Made by a program: the position numbers and the translations under genes. From Thermoleophilia bacterium (lineage in GTDB: Bacteria > Actinomycetota > Thermoleophilia > BMS3ABIN01), in contig JACUUL010000004.1 in NCBI GenBank assembly GCA_014859345.1, positions 2,516 through 66,515 on the forward strand: a stretch of 64,000 nt of DNA, in the 5' to 3' direction. Each line of letters opens with the position of its first letter. Position 1 is the stretch's first letter. This document shows, in pieces, positions 1 through 8,725 of this stretch. The notes beneath the pieces were generated by a model. It had not been told where the DNA came from. It saw only the letters and a list, made by a program, of their open reading frames with translations, and searched no databases.

Positions 1-564
1 GTTGCGATATTTGCCTGGCTCTGGCTGGGACGGGGGTTGAGCGGGCTGCCATGGCTGGGAATGGCCGGGGCGGCGCTATTCCTGTTCTATACAGCCCTGT
101 CGCTGAAACGGCGGGAGCGGGCTGCTCTCAGCGAATTTGCGGGCATTGCCCTGCTGACCTTTGCGGCGCCCCTGGGCTGCTACCTTGCGGCAGGAGACCT
201 TGATCTGGACCGAGCCGCCGGGATCTGGATACTGAATTCGCTTTACTTCGGTGTCAGCGTCTATTACGTGAAGATGAAGATGCGGGCGAAGGCCGGCCGG
301 CGGCATCTGTCCCTTATGGAAAAGCTGGCGCTGGCGCGCAGGACCTTGTTCTATCTTGCCTTCATGGTGCCGGCGCTGGTGCTGACCTTGTGGGCTGGCC
401 TGGCGCCTTATCTCTCCGCGCTGGCCTATTTGCCGATTTTTGTTTATACGGGTGTCAGCATCGCTACCCTGGGACCCGGAGGCAGGATAAGGCAGGAAGG
501 CTGGCGGCAGGCCGCCATCTCCCTGGCGTTTGCCATGCTGCTTGTCATCTCATACCGGTTCTAG
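1..564 (+). CDS. Hypothetical polytopic membrane protein; the reading frame is open to base 1, so it probably continues upstream of the window
   Basis: 175 aa ORF 37-564 with several hydrophobic helices. The in-frame upstream codons (1-36) encode VAIFAWLWLGRG with no stop. No recognisable catalytic motif. Confidence 0.4.
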   Translation, partial: VAIFAWLWLGRGLSGLPWLGMAGAALFLFYTALSLKRRERAALSEFAGIALLTFAAPLGCYLAAGDLDLDRAAGIWILNSLYFGVSVYYVKMKMRAKAGRRHLSLMEKLALARRTLFYLAFMVPALVLTLWAGLAPYLSALAYLPIFVYTGVSIATLGPGGRIRQEGWRQAAISLAFAMLLVISYRF

Positions 565-676
565 GGGTTAGATAAAGGTTGGCGCGAACTCTGAAAAAAT
601 GTCATCATGAAGAACCACCCATTCGGTCACGGCATCCTCCGGTCTCCCGTGATTACAGGGAAGCGCACGAGGAAAT

Positions 677-1885
677 GTGTTTATGGTCTCCCATTTCGAT
701 TCTGGTAAACGCTTCAGGCCTGAACAGACCACCCGGCTAAAAATGATCGCCGGGCGGCTGGCGCCCCATGCCGAGGATATCGTCAGCGGTTGGGTGGAGC
801 GGCAGCTGGCTTATGAAGCCTCGCCGAATATCCCCCGGGAAAAATTGGCCTCGTTGTTTACCACGCTCTTCTATGACGCTCTTGAAGCGCTGAGGACGGG
901 CAACATCGACCGGTATCTGGCAACCCAGCTTCCTGAGTTCGGGAGATCCCTTCCGGAGTCAGGGTTTGCCTACGAATCGCTGATCATCTCGGTGCATTTC
1001 CTCGAAGAAAGCTACCTGCCCTATCTGACCGGCATCAAATCGGGCGCGCAGCCGCAGACTTCTGATATCGATCTGATTCTTGTCATCGATGAGTTCTGGC
1101 ATTTCTGGATGGCCGAACTCGCCACCGCTTACTTTTACGAGGTCAGGCGTTCGCTCACCGAGGAGAGTGAGATCGTCAAGATGATCCAGGAGCAGATCAT
1201 GCCTCAGGTGCCGGAGAAAATTGGCTGTCTGGAAATTGCCACGGTCTACGATTCCGCCACCAAAGAAGCGAGACTTGGCGGCGATTTTTACGACATGGTC
1301 GACATCGACGGCATTATCCAGCATTTCATCATAAGCGACTTTTCCGGTAAAGGCTTGCGGGCGGCTTCGAAAGCGGCCAGCATCAGGGCGATGTTCCGGG
1401 GATTTGCGATCGAGGACAATTCGCCTGTGGTAGTGGCAAGGCGACTCAATCATGTGCTGGCAAACGAGCTGGAAGACAGCGAGTTCGATACCGCGTTCCT
1501 GGCCCGCTTCGATCAAAGAACGAGAACGTTCCGCTATGTCAACGCCGGCCATCCCGGTCCGGTACTCGTGCAGGGCGGGGAGATAACCGTGTTGCCCCAG
1601 GGTGAGAACGCCGCCTTGGGAATTATCGAGGAGCAGCATTTCTCCGAGAAGGCGATTGCCATAGCGCCGGGATCCACTCTGGTGATGTACACCGACGGGG
1701 TTATCGAATCGAGGAGCGAGAAAAATTTATTCGGCATCGAAGGGGTTGTGGCCTGCGTATCCGATAACCGCGGCAAGACGGCGTCCGAGCTCGCCGCGGC
1801 TCTCTGGCATGATTGCCGGAACTTCGGAGATGGCAGAGTGGCCGACGATGTCGCTATCCTGGTGCTGAAATGCCAGCCTGAATAG
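677..1885 (+). CDS. PP2C-type (SpoIIE/RsbU-like) serine phosphatase with an N-terminal sensor-like domain
   Basis: The C-terminal half carries the SpoIIE/PP2C signatures: GGDFYD, FIISDFSGKGLRAA, NAGHP and YTDGVIE. The N-terminal 180 aa has no obvious motif. Confidence 0.7.
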   Translation: MFMVSHFDSGKRFRPEQTTRLKMIAGRLAPHAEDIVSGWVERQLAYEASPNIPREKLASLFTTLFYDALEALRTGNIDRYLATQLPEFGRSLPESGFAYESLIISVHFLEESYLPYLTGIKSGAQPQTSDIDLILVIDEFWHFWMAELATAYFYEVRRSLTEESEIVKMIQEQIMPQVPEKIGCLEIATVYDSATKEARLGGDFYDMVDIDGIIQHFIISDFSGKGLRAASKAASIRAMFRGFAIEDNSPVVVARRLNHVLANELEDSEFDTAFLARFDQRTRTFRYVNAGHPGPVLVQGGEITVLPQGENAALGIIEEQHFSEKAIAIAPGSTLVMYTDGVIESRSEKNLFGIEGVVACVSDNRGKTASELAAALWHDCRNFGDGRVADDVAILVLKCQPE

Positions 1886-1927
1886 GTCGCGAGACATCCG
1901 CGATGATTGAGGAATCCGTCAAGCATT

Positions 1928-1971
1928 CGGGGACTCGACCTTATCTACGGTGGATAAACAGGTCGAGCCCC
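1928..1971. terminator. Imperfect GC-rich inverted repeat between the convergent PP2C phosphatase and dsrE-like genes; a possible bidirectional terminator
   Basis: GGGGACTCGACC (1928-1939) and GGTCGAGCCCC (1960-1970) form an 11-bp stem with one mismatch and a 20-nt loop. There is no clear U-tract. Confidence 0.25.
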
Positions 1972-2027
1972 CGAACAAGATCTGCCCCCAATGAATATTG
2001 AAATCGTATCCCTCCGGGCTGCCCTGC

Positions 2028-2495
2028 CTAGATGAACAAGGTAATATCGGCTTCCGCCGCGTAGTCCAGAAACATTGCGGCGCCGCAGCTCTTCTCGGCC
2101 TCGTCGATGAGGTCTTCGGCGCTGATGTTCATGATGTCCAGCGTCAGCTGGCAGGGCCACATCTTCACACCCAGCTCATGACAGGTCTTTATGAACTCAG
2201 GGATGGTCGGAGTATCCGTCTTCTTGATCATCCCTTTCATCATCTTCGTGGCCATGGCTGTCATGCCCGGAAGCATTCCGATCATATTCGGCATAGGCAC
2301 CGGCATGGCCGGGTTCGCGATCGGCGATACCTTCAGATTTGCATATTTCTTCTTGTTGACTATGTCCAGACCGTAGAAGGTGAAGAAGATCCCTACTTCC
2401 ATCTCCAGCGCGGCGGCGGTGCTCGCCAGAATCAGCGGCGGATAAGCCATGTCCAAGCTTCCCTTGGACGCAATGATAGCCATGCGAGTAGCCAT
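2028..2495 (-). CDS. DsrE/DsrF-like sulfur-relay protein
   Basis: 155 aa, starting MATRMAIIASKGSLDMAYPPLILASTAAAL. This has the size and N-terminal Rossmann-like signature of the DsrE/DsrF/YrkE family. It lies 12 nt downstream of tusA in the same operon, and has conserved Cys in WPCQ and KSCG. Confidence 0.6.
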   Translation of the reverse strand: MATRMAIIASKGSLDMAYPPLILASTAAALEMEVGIFFTFYGLDIVNKKKYANLKVSPIANPAMPVPMPNMIGMLPGMTAMATKMMKGMIKKTDTPTIPEFIKTCHELGVKMWPCQLTLDIMNISAEDLIDEAEKSCGAAMFLDYAAEADITLFI

Positions 2496-2506
2496 TTAGT
2501 TCGTCA

Positions 2507-2749
2507 CTATCCTTTCTTCACAAAGAAATGAAACTCATCCCCTGTCTCGGTCAACCCGAGGAATTCATGGCCGGCGCGATTGGCCCAGGCGGGCATGTCG
2601 CCCTTGGAGCCAGGGTCGGTGCCGATTATCTCCAACACCTTGCCGGACTCCAGAGCCTCGATGGCTTTCTTTGCTTTGACGACCGGCATCGGGCAGCAGA
2701 GCCCCTTGACGTCAAGAACTTCATCGGCTTTTAAATCGATGTCTCCCAT
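2507..2749 (-). CDS. tusA: TusA-family sulfur carrier protein
   Basis: 80 aa from an internal ATG at 2749, preceded by AGGAGG. MGDIDLKADEVLDVKGLCCPMPVVKAKKAIE carries the CPxP active-site motif of TusA. The longer ORF listed to 2824 has no SD. Confidence 0.75.
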   Translation of the reverse strand: MGDIDLKADEVLDVKGLCCPMPVVKAKKAIEALESGKVLEIIGTDPGSKGDMPAWANRAGHEFLGLTETGDEFHFFVKKG

Positions 2750-2824
2750 TTTCTCCTCCTTCTGTTTTGGTTTTTGTGCCACGACTCTAGATGGCGGCTT
2801 GCACGGGCGGGAGAGCTCCGCCAC

Positions 2825-3898
2825 CTAAGATTTGAAGGCTTCCTCCATGACCGTTTCCTGGTATGTAGCCAATTCCTTTCTTATCTGCCGGATGTCGGCC
2901 TCTTGCGGAGCGAACGGAAAGCTGCGGATATCACCGGGAGGCCCGTCTCCAAAAGGCCGGTTGCAGGCGCACTGCCTGTTCTTTCCCGGGCAGCCGCTGG
3001 TCATGAAGGGTGTGCCGGATCGTACCAGTTCGTCGAGCACATCCCCTTCCAGTCCATAGCCGGTGATGCGTCCATACTCATCGAACTCCATCACGCCAGC
3101 ATCGACCATATCATAGTCTATCAGGAACCGCGCCAATTGTATTCTCCGGAAATGACTTGCGGAGCATGGCCGTGCCTCAGCCAGCAGCGAGCCCTCCTCG
3201 GGATAGAAAGAGAACAGATGGCTGCGGCCGCCCAGCCGGCGCACCCGGGCGATAGCGCCCACCATCTCCCGCTCCGTCTCTCCCAGACCGGCTATCAGGT
3301 GGCAGCCGGCCCTGTTCCTGCCCAGTATGAGGGCCGCTTCATCCAGGGTTCTCCAGTAAAGATCCCATTTATGAGGACCGCCCACGCCGCCGCCTCGATG
3401 CCGGTCAAAAAGCCCGGCTGTAGCGGCGTCGATCGCCACCGAGACCATATCCGCTCCCGCCCGGCTGAGATCCTCGATCGATCCTTCCTCCATGGTGCTG
3501 GGATTAGCCAGCACGGAGACCGGCAGACCCAGTTTCTTCCTGAGGTGGCGGACAAGAAAGATGGTATCGTCATACGCCCGCGGATGCATGGTCATTGACA
3601 CGCAGATACGCTCGATAAGATTCAGCCGGCCTCTCGTCCGGCCTATGATCTCCTCCAGGGAAAAAACCGGCCATTCCACTCTGATAAAGCTGGGAGGGCG
3701 GCCGCCGTGGTCTTCCCGGGCCCTTCTCAGGCCGCAGTATGAGCAATTAGCGTAGCAGGCCTCGGGATATGTGAGGAGCAGATTCAAGCAGTAAAGACGG
3801 GCGTCACGGTAAAACACGCCCGGCCTCAGCCCCAGCGTCATCGCCGCCGCCAGGCTGATCCTAAGATGATGTGGACTCGTTTTATTGGACTTTTTCAC
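2825..3898 (-). CDS. Radical SAM protein, LipS1/LipS2-type (atypical lipoyl synthase component) candidate
   Basis: 357 aa with a CYANCSYC (CxxxCxxC) radical-SAM cluster motif near the N-terminus. It has a GTG start at 3898 that overlaps the upstream gene stop (GTGA), and a second Cys pair (CACNRP) near the C-terminus. Confidence 0.65.
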   Translation of the reverse strand: MKKSNKTSPHHLRISLAAAMTLGLRPGVFYRDARLYCLNLLLTYPEACYANCSYCGLRRAREDHGGRPPSFIRVEWPVFSLEEIIGRTRGRLNLIERICVSMTMHPRAYDDTIFLVRHLRKKLGLPVSVLANPSTMEEGSIEDLSRAGADMVSVAIDAATAGLFDRHRGGGVGGPHKWDLYWRTLDEAALILGRNRAGCHLIAGLGETEREMVGAIARVRRLGGRSHLFSFYPEEGSLLAEARPCSASHFRRIQLARFLIDYDMVDAGVMEFDEYGRITGYGLEGDVLDELVRSGTPFMTSGCPGKNRQCACNRPFGDGPPGDIRSFPFAPQEADIRQIRKELATYQETVMEEAFKS

Positions 3899-5064
3899 GT
3901 TTTATCAAGTATGTTCCGGGAAAATCCGAACCAGTATTGACGGACCGTCTCGCAAAATTCCGAAACGGAGCCCCCGGAATTCCTGTACATCTGCCTCCGG
4001 TTGAGGGTTGCTTCCCTTAAAGCATCCCCCATCATTGATTCGATCTCCCGTGAATAAAGCGTCAACGCTCCGGGGTTGCCGCGGATATGTGCGGCGGCCG
4101 CCTCACCGGCCAGCCTGCCGGACAGGAGCGCCGGGCCGATACCGGCGCCGGTCAGCGGATGGCACAGCCCGGCGGCGTCGCCGGCCAGCAACAGTTCTTT
4201 GCTTCTGTTTGCCAGAATGCCCCCGACTGGTATCAGCCCCGCCGTGGCGGAAATCGGATGCTTCCGTATCAATCCTTCCGCGGCCAGTCCGCTGACGAAC
4301 CATTTTAAGGCTCTGGATGGCTTTTCGCCAAATCTGGTTTCAACCCCTACTCCGGCGACGGCTTCCTTCCCCCTGGGAAAGAGCCATCCATATCCGCCCG
4401 GCAACCGCCGGTCGAAGTAAATCCTGATGGTGGTGGATTCATCGCGCAACGGGACAGTCCACTGAGCCGCAGTCAGAAACGCACTGTTGACATTGCCCGT
4501 CCATGCACCGGCTGCCGAAAGGGGGCCGTCAGCGCCGATGATGATCCCGGCCTCTATTTGCCGGGAGCCTCCGGCCAAGCCGACCCTGACATGACTCCTG
4601 ACGCCAGGAATGAGGTTTTGGACCGGCTCACGCGATATGGCTCGAACGCCTGTAAACACGCGGGCTCCCGCCGCGGAGGCGGCGGCAATCAGCGCCTGGT
4701 CCAGCCGCTCCCGGCGAACCATGAATCCGGGCGAGGAGCATTCTTCACTATGTCCGTCAGGAGTGATTGACAGCATTGAGCGGATCTTCTGCGAGATAAC
4801 GCCGTCCGGGAGCGAGGCAGCGCTGATGGCGGCCGCGGGCAGGAAACCGGCGCACCTGACGGGAATGCCGATGCGCTGGCGCCTGTCGATGACGATGACA
4901 TCCGCGCCCGCCTGCGCCGCCGCCAGGGCGGCGGCGCCGCCGGCGGGACCCGCGCCTATGACCAGCACCTCGCAGTTTGAGCGCCTGCCTTCCCCGTACA
5001 GGCCATGCCCGCGGTCCTGTGATCCAGCCGCTTTCAAGCGGCCTTCCAGAAGCTTTTTCCTCAA
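3895..5064 (-). CDS. FAD-dependent oxidoreductase, geranylgeranyl-reductase family (LipT-like)
   Basis: 389 aa. VLVIGAGPAGGAAALAAAQAGADVIVIDRR is the dinucleotide-binding fold, and the overall layout matches the geranylgeranyl reductase family. It sits in the lipoate-assembly operon. Confidence 0.65.
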   Translation of the reverse strand: MRKKLLEGRLKAAGSQDRGHGLYGEGRRSNCEVLVIGAGPAGGAAALAAAQAGADVIVIDRRQRIGIPVRCAGFLPAAAISAASLPDGVISQKIRSMLSITPDGHSEECSSPGFMVRRERLDQALIAAASAAGARVFTGVRAISREPVQNLIPGVRSHVRVGLAGGSRQIEAGIIIGADGPLSAAGAWTGNVNSAFLTAAQWTVPLRDESTTIRIYFDRRLPGGYGWLFPRGKEAVAGVGVETRFGEKPSRALKWFVSGLAAEGLIRKHPISATAGLIPVGGILANRSKELLLAGDAAGLCHPLTGAGIGPALLSGRLAGEAAAAHIRGNPGALTLYSREIESMMGDALREATLNRRQMYRNSGGSVSEFCETVRQYWFGFSRNILDKT

Positions 5065-5148
5065 CGGTCTCCCCCGAAATTGAAACCAGCCATCAGATAT
5101 TTGAAAAGGTCGTTGCGTGCAGGCGGACTACCCGATTAATGTCCGGGT

Positions 5149-6795
5149 CTACAAAAGTGCCTTTCCGCCCGATGATTCCCTCCTGGATTCAGGGATGTCG
5201 CTAACAGCCGGCGTCCGACGGCCGGGCACCAGGGCCAGCACCTGCTTCAGGAGGTCCAGCCGCAGGTGGGTCTGGTTCATGAAGCCACCTCTGTAAGCCT
5301 TCTCTTCCATCTCCAGGTCGTAACACGTTGTTGACTCTATATCAATGATTACGCCATCCAGGCCCGAGTTGCTAAAAGCACGGTGGCGGCGGGCCAGGAA
5401 AGCCCGGCAGCAGCAGCCTATAAACGATGAGATTCCAGCCCGTCGGCAGGCGGCGAAAGTCCTGAGCAAGTGTTCGTAATCCTGGATGGTGACCGGCTTC
5501 AGCCCCTTGGCCAGCGCCAGTTCGTATGCCTCCCCCACCGTGCAGCCGCCGCACAGGTCGCAGCCCTCCTGGTTCCGGCAATCGTGGTCAGGCAGTTTGG
5601 CGCAGTAGGGCAGCAGCAGGGCCTTGGCCGCGGCAGCGGCACGCGGCAGGCTCTGGGCTCCCACAACCGATACACGGTTGGCGTCATTCAGGCTGATGCC
5701 GTAACCGGGAAACTCCAGTTTGTCGAGACAGCCTTTCAGGCTCAGCCAGAATTCCTGGGCTCCCAGGCCCAATGCCTCCGCGCCGCTGTTTGAGAAAAAG
5801 CTGTGTATGGCAGCCTCGGCCCGGTCGAAGGTGACACCCCTGAGGCTTGCTTCCAGGTCCAGCGCCGCCCGCGCCGGCCTGATGAAGAAATCCCCGGTAA
5901 ACAGGACGCTTTTGATGCGGTTCCGTCGCAGGTCCACGGACAGGCAGCTCCGCACCAACCCGCCTTCCCCCCTGTGAATATTGGCCAGCATCGGGTGCGA
6001 GCCGGCTGCTTCCTCGCTGATCTGGTTGACCCAGGCTTCGGAGCGGTGAAAAGGCAGCTTTTTATCAAGCCCGGCCTCTTCCCGGGGCGTCAGTTCCCCG
6101 GGCGCCAGTTCCACGCCCAGTTCCCGGCTGAACCCCTGAGCCAGAGCCTGCTTGACATCGTTTGCGGAAGGGGTCCGAGGCAACAGTTCCTGGAGGCAAG
6201 TAACCCGGCCGCGGGCGGAATCCAGTTCCCGCGCCGAGAGCTTCTCGGCCGGGACCTTCAGGGCGCGAACCATGGTTTCGGGGTCGAATTCCATGAGCAG
6301 GGTGCCCTGGAAAAGGAAAGCATCTCCCTCATAGGCGCCTCCGGTGCCGCACAGCTTGCGGCCATCTACCTCGATGTCATTGCGAGGCCTGAAAGCGGCG
6401 GTTACCCCAAGAAGCTCGAGTCCGGAGACCACCCCGCGGCAGATGAACGCGGTGAGTTCCTGAAGACGCGGCCCGGCGCCGATATCCCGCCGGGAAGCAA
6501 TGACCTCCCACCCGATCTGCGTGGTGTCCAGATAGACTGCCCCTCCTCCGGTCAGGCGGCGGTTAACCTCCATGCCGCGACTGAGGCAATAGTCCTGGCG
6601 TATTTCCTGGGCCACGATCTGGTGCCGGCCGATCAGCGCCGCTGCGGGAACGAACTGGAGAAACCTGATCGTACCGGGGATCTCCCCCCGGGCGGCCATC
6701 TCCAGCAGCACCGAATCAAGGGCGATGTTGGCCGCGGCGCTGCGGGCTCCGGTATCCAGAAGCCGCCATGGGCCGGTTGGCTTCAAACGCCTCAC
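5149..6795 (-). CDS. Lipoate-protein ligase (LplA/sLpl(AB)-like) with an additional Cys-rich C-terminal domain
   Basis: 548 aa. The N-terminal 340 aa have LplA/BPL hallmarks (RRLTGGGAVYLD, the K-containing catalytic region). The C-terminal 200 aa carry CRNQEGCDLCGGC and GCCCRAF cysteine clusters. There is a 4-nt overlap with the upstream radical-SAM gene. Confidence 0.7.
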   Translation of the reverse strand: MRRLKPTGPWRLLDTGARSAAANIALDSVLLEMAARGEIPGTIRFLQFVPAAALIGRHQIVAQEIRQDYCLSRGMEVNRRLTGGGAVYLDTTQIGWEVIASRRDIGAGPRLQELTAFICRGVVSGLELLGVTAAFRPRNDIEVDGRKLCGTGGAYEGDAFLFQGTLLMEFDPETMVRALKVPAEKLSARELDSARGRVTCLQELLPRTPSANDVKQALAQGFSRELGVELAPGELTPREEAGLDKKLPFHRSEAWVNQISEEAAGSHPMLANIHRGEGGLVRSCLSVDLRRNRIKSVLFTGDFFIRPARAALDLEASLRGVTFDRAEAAIHSFFSNSGAEALGLGAQEFWLSLKGCLDKLEFPGYGISLNDANRVSVVGAQSLPRAAAAAKALLLPYCAKLPDHDCRNQEGCDLCGGCTVGEAYELALAKGLKPVTIQDYEHLLRTFAACRRAGISSFIGCCCRAFLARRHRAFSNSGLDGVIIDIESTTCYDLEMEEKAYRGGFMNQTHLRLDLLKQVLALVPGRRTPAVSDIPESRRESSGGKALL

Positions 6796-7859
6796 CCGCT
6801 TCCCTTTACCGCGTCGCCACCGCGCTTACCGGCGCTTGTCACGGCCGGGTCCGGACTTTGCCCCTCGGGATCCTTATCCTCAGGGCAAAAACCCAGGGCG
6901 CAGCACATGCCGGAGAACTCCGGCTCTAACCCCATCTTCCGGGCCAGGCCGATGATTCCCTCGGCTGGATAGGCGATGCCGTTCAGACCGGCCTTAAGCG
7001 CCAGCTGATCGGTCAAGAGGCGGTGCTCTCCGGCCGGCCGCTCGCAGCCCAGCTGAATCGGCTTATCAGGCACGAGTTCCCGCGCCGCCATGAAAATCTC
7101 AGCCATCTGCTCCGGGGAGGGCGGCATCACGTCCCGCATCGGAGTATCCTTCATGGGGAGCAGTCCCACCATGACCAGGCTGGCTATATCATGGCGGCTG
7201 ATGATCTCGAGCGCCTGGAGTTCGCCTCTGATACGGCCGCGGTCAAGGCCGATCACCACATGGGGAGATGCCGGCACTCCGGCATCGTTGAGATTGGCCA
7301 GGGACCTTTCGTAATCGGCCATGGTTGCCTGAGGCAGGTGGCACACATCACTGATGGTCCGGCCGCATCCGATGATGTCAATCAGGGCCGCATCCACACC
7401 GGCGGCGGCCATGCCCCGGGCCAGTGACCGTCCGGTAATGCCGGTGTGGACGATGACCCTGAGCCCGAACCGTTCCCTTACTTCACGGATAGCTTCCAGA
7501 AAGCCGGCCAGCGGCACCGCTCCGTCAGCGTCGGATCCGCCGCTAACCAGCAGCCCCCTGGCGCCCTGGCGCATAAAACGCGCGGCTTCCGCCGTTAGCG
7601 CTTCCGGAGTTACCGCCGGTTTCATCCATTTGAGGACATGGGCCCGGCAATGATCGCACATGAGACGGCATGAGGATCCGGTAATCGAAACTGCCGGGAA
7701 AGAACAGGCGCTGTCCTGCCTGAATTCAGAAGTCGAATAACGCCTGATTGATGGAGCGTGAAAATAGACGCGCCTGCCGAAATGCCGCCGGCCGATCTCC
7801 CAGCCCGGCCTGAGGCTCTCGGGCACTTCGGCGGAAAGGACGTGCCGGCGGCCAGCCAT
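6792..7859 (-). CDS. Radical SAM protein, LipS1/LipS2-type candidate; first gene of the operon
   Basis: 355 aa. CRLMCDHC is a CxxxCxxC motif, in TIM-barrel-like context (GGSD, VIVHTG). Its stop overlaps the ligase start. Confidence 0.65.
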   Translation of the reverse strand: MAGRRHVLSAEVPESLRPGWEIGRRHFGRRVYFHAPSIRRYSTSEFRQDSACSFPAVSITGSSCRLMCDHCRAHVLKWMKPAVTPEALTAEAARFMRQGARGLLVSGGSDADGAVPLAGFLEAIREVRERFGLRVIVHTGITGRSLARGMAAAGVDAALIDIIGCGRTISDVCHLPQATMADYERSLANLNDAGVPASPHVVIGLDRGRIRGELQALEIISRHDIASLVMVGLLPMKDTPMRDVMPPSPEQMAEIFMAARELVPDKPIQLGCERPAGEHRLLTDQLALKAGLNGIAYPAEGIIGLARKMGLEPEFSGMCCALGFCPEDKDPEGQSPDPAVTSAGKRGGDAVKGSG

Positions 7860-7870
7860 GCTGGACCTGC

Positions 7871-8524
7871 CTAGGCCGACGGCGTCTGGCCCTGGGGAAC
7901 AGGGCCCGACGGATCTCCGCCTTCTATGTCATAACTGGATTGGATTTTCGGGTGCGCGTAGTACGTCGTCGCCAGCCGGGGGGCGTTTCTGTCGGTGAAC
8001 TCAAACCAGTCCATCCCTGCCGCGACAGACCGGTCTACCACAATTCTGAGGGCTACTTCGTCATTGGGCGTATTTTCATCTGTGCCATAAACAACGGTCT
8101 CCACGCTGGCCACTTCAGGATACTTAAAGAGCCTGGCCATCATTTTCTGCGCGAAAGTAACGCCGATTCCCACCACGGCGCCGTCATGACAGGCGCTGGG
8201 GCGGCTGACGCTGATTACGATATCCTTGTCGTTGCCCTGTGAAGTGATCTGCACAGACCGGATCAGATTTTTCTCCCCGATCCTTCTGCCAGCCAGCTCG
8301 GCCACATCCGCCTCGGTGACTGAAAAAACCGGCTTGGCCTCAGTTGAAGCGGGGTCAGCTTCAGCGACAGCGCCATCATCAGAGGCAGAATCGCCGCCAC
8401 AGCCGGCAGCCGTGAATGACACAGCCAGCAATAAAATCGCGAGCGCCGGCAAGAACAGGACGCCGCGGAATCTTCCATGCGGCGTAACGTGTTTGATATT
8501 ACCTGTCGGCTGATTTGATTTCAT
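7871..8524 (-). CDS. Hypothetical lipoprotein
   Basis: From the internal ATG at 8524 the product reads MKSNQ...LPALAILLLAVSFTAAGCGGD: a signal peptide plus an LTAAGC-type lipobox. It has an Asp/Ala-rich linker and no catalytic motif. Confidence 0.45.
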   Translation of the reverse strand: MKSNQPTGNIKHVTPHGRFRGVLFLPALAILLLAVSFTAAGCGGDSASDDGAVAEADPASTEAKPVFSVTEADVAELAGRRIGEKNLIRSVQITSQGNDKDIVISVSRPSACHDGAVVGIGVTFAQKMMARLFKYPEVASVETVVYGTDENTPNDEVALRIVVDRSVAAGMDWFEFTDRNAPRLATTYYAHPKIQSSYDIEGGDPSGPVPQGQTPSA

Positions 8525-8725
8525 GGAGGATGGCCTTTCTGATGCAGGCTGCATAAAAGCCCTTTCGATCTCAACATGACGATAAACAAGAGTATACCAC
8601 AGCCCCTCTGACGACCGGCTTAATGGAAACACCTGTCTTCTCTGCGCCTCAATTTTGCCTAAAATCGACTTAGTGTCTATACTTACTTAACTTGCCCGCT
8701 TTTATGTAGAAAACAAGGAGTTGGA

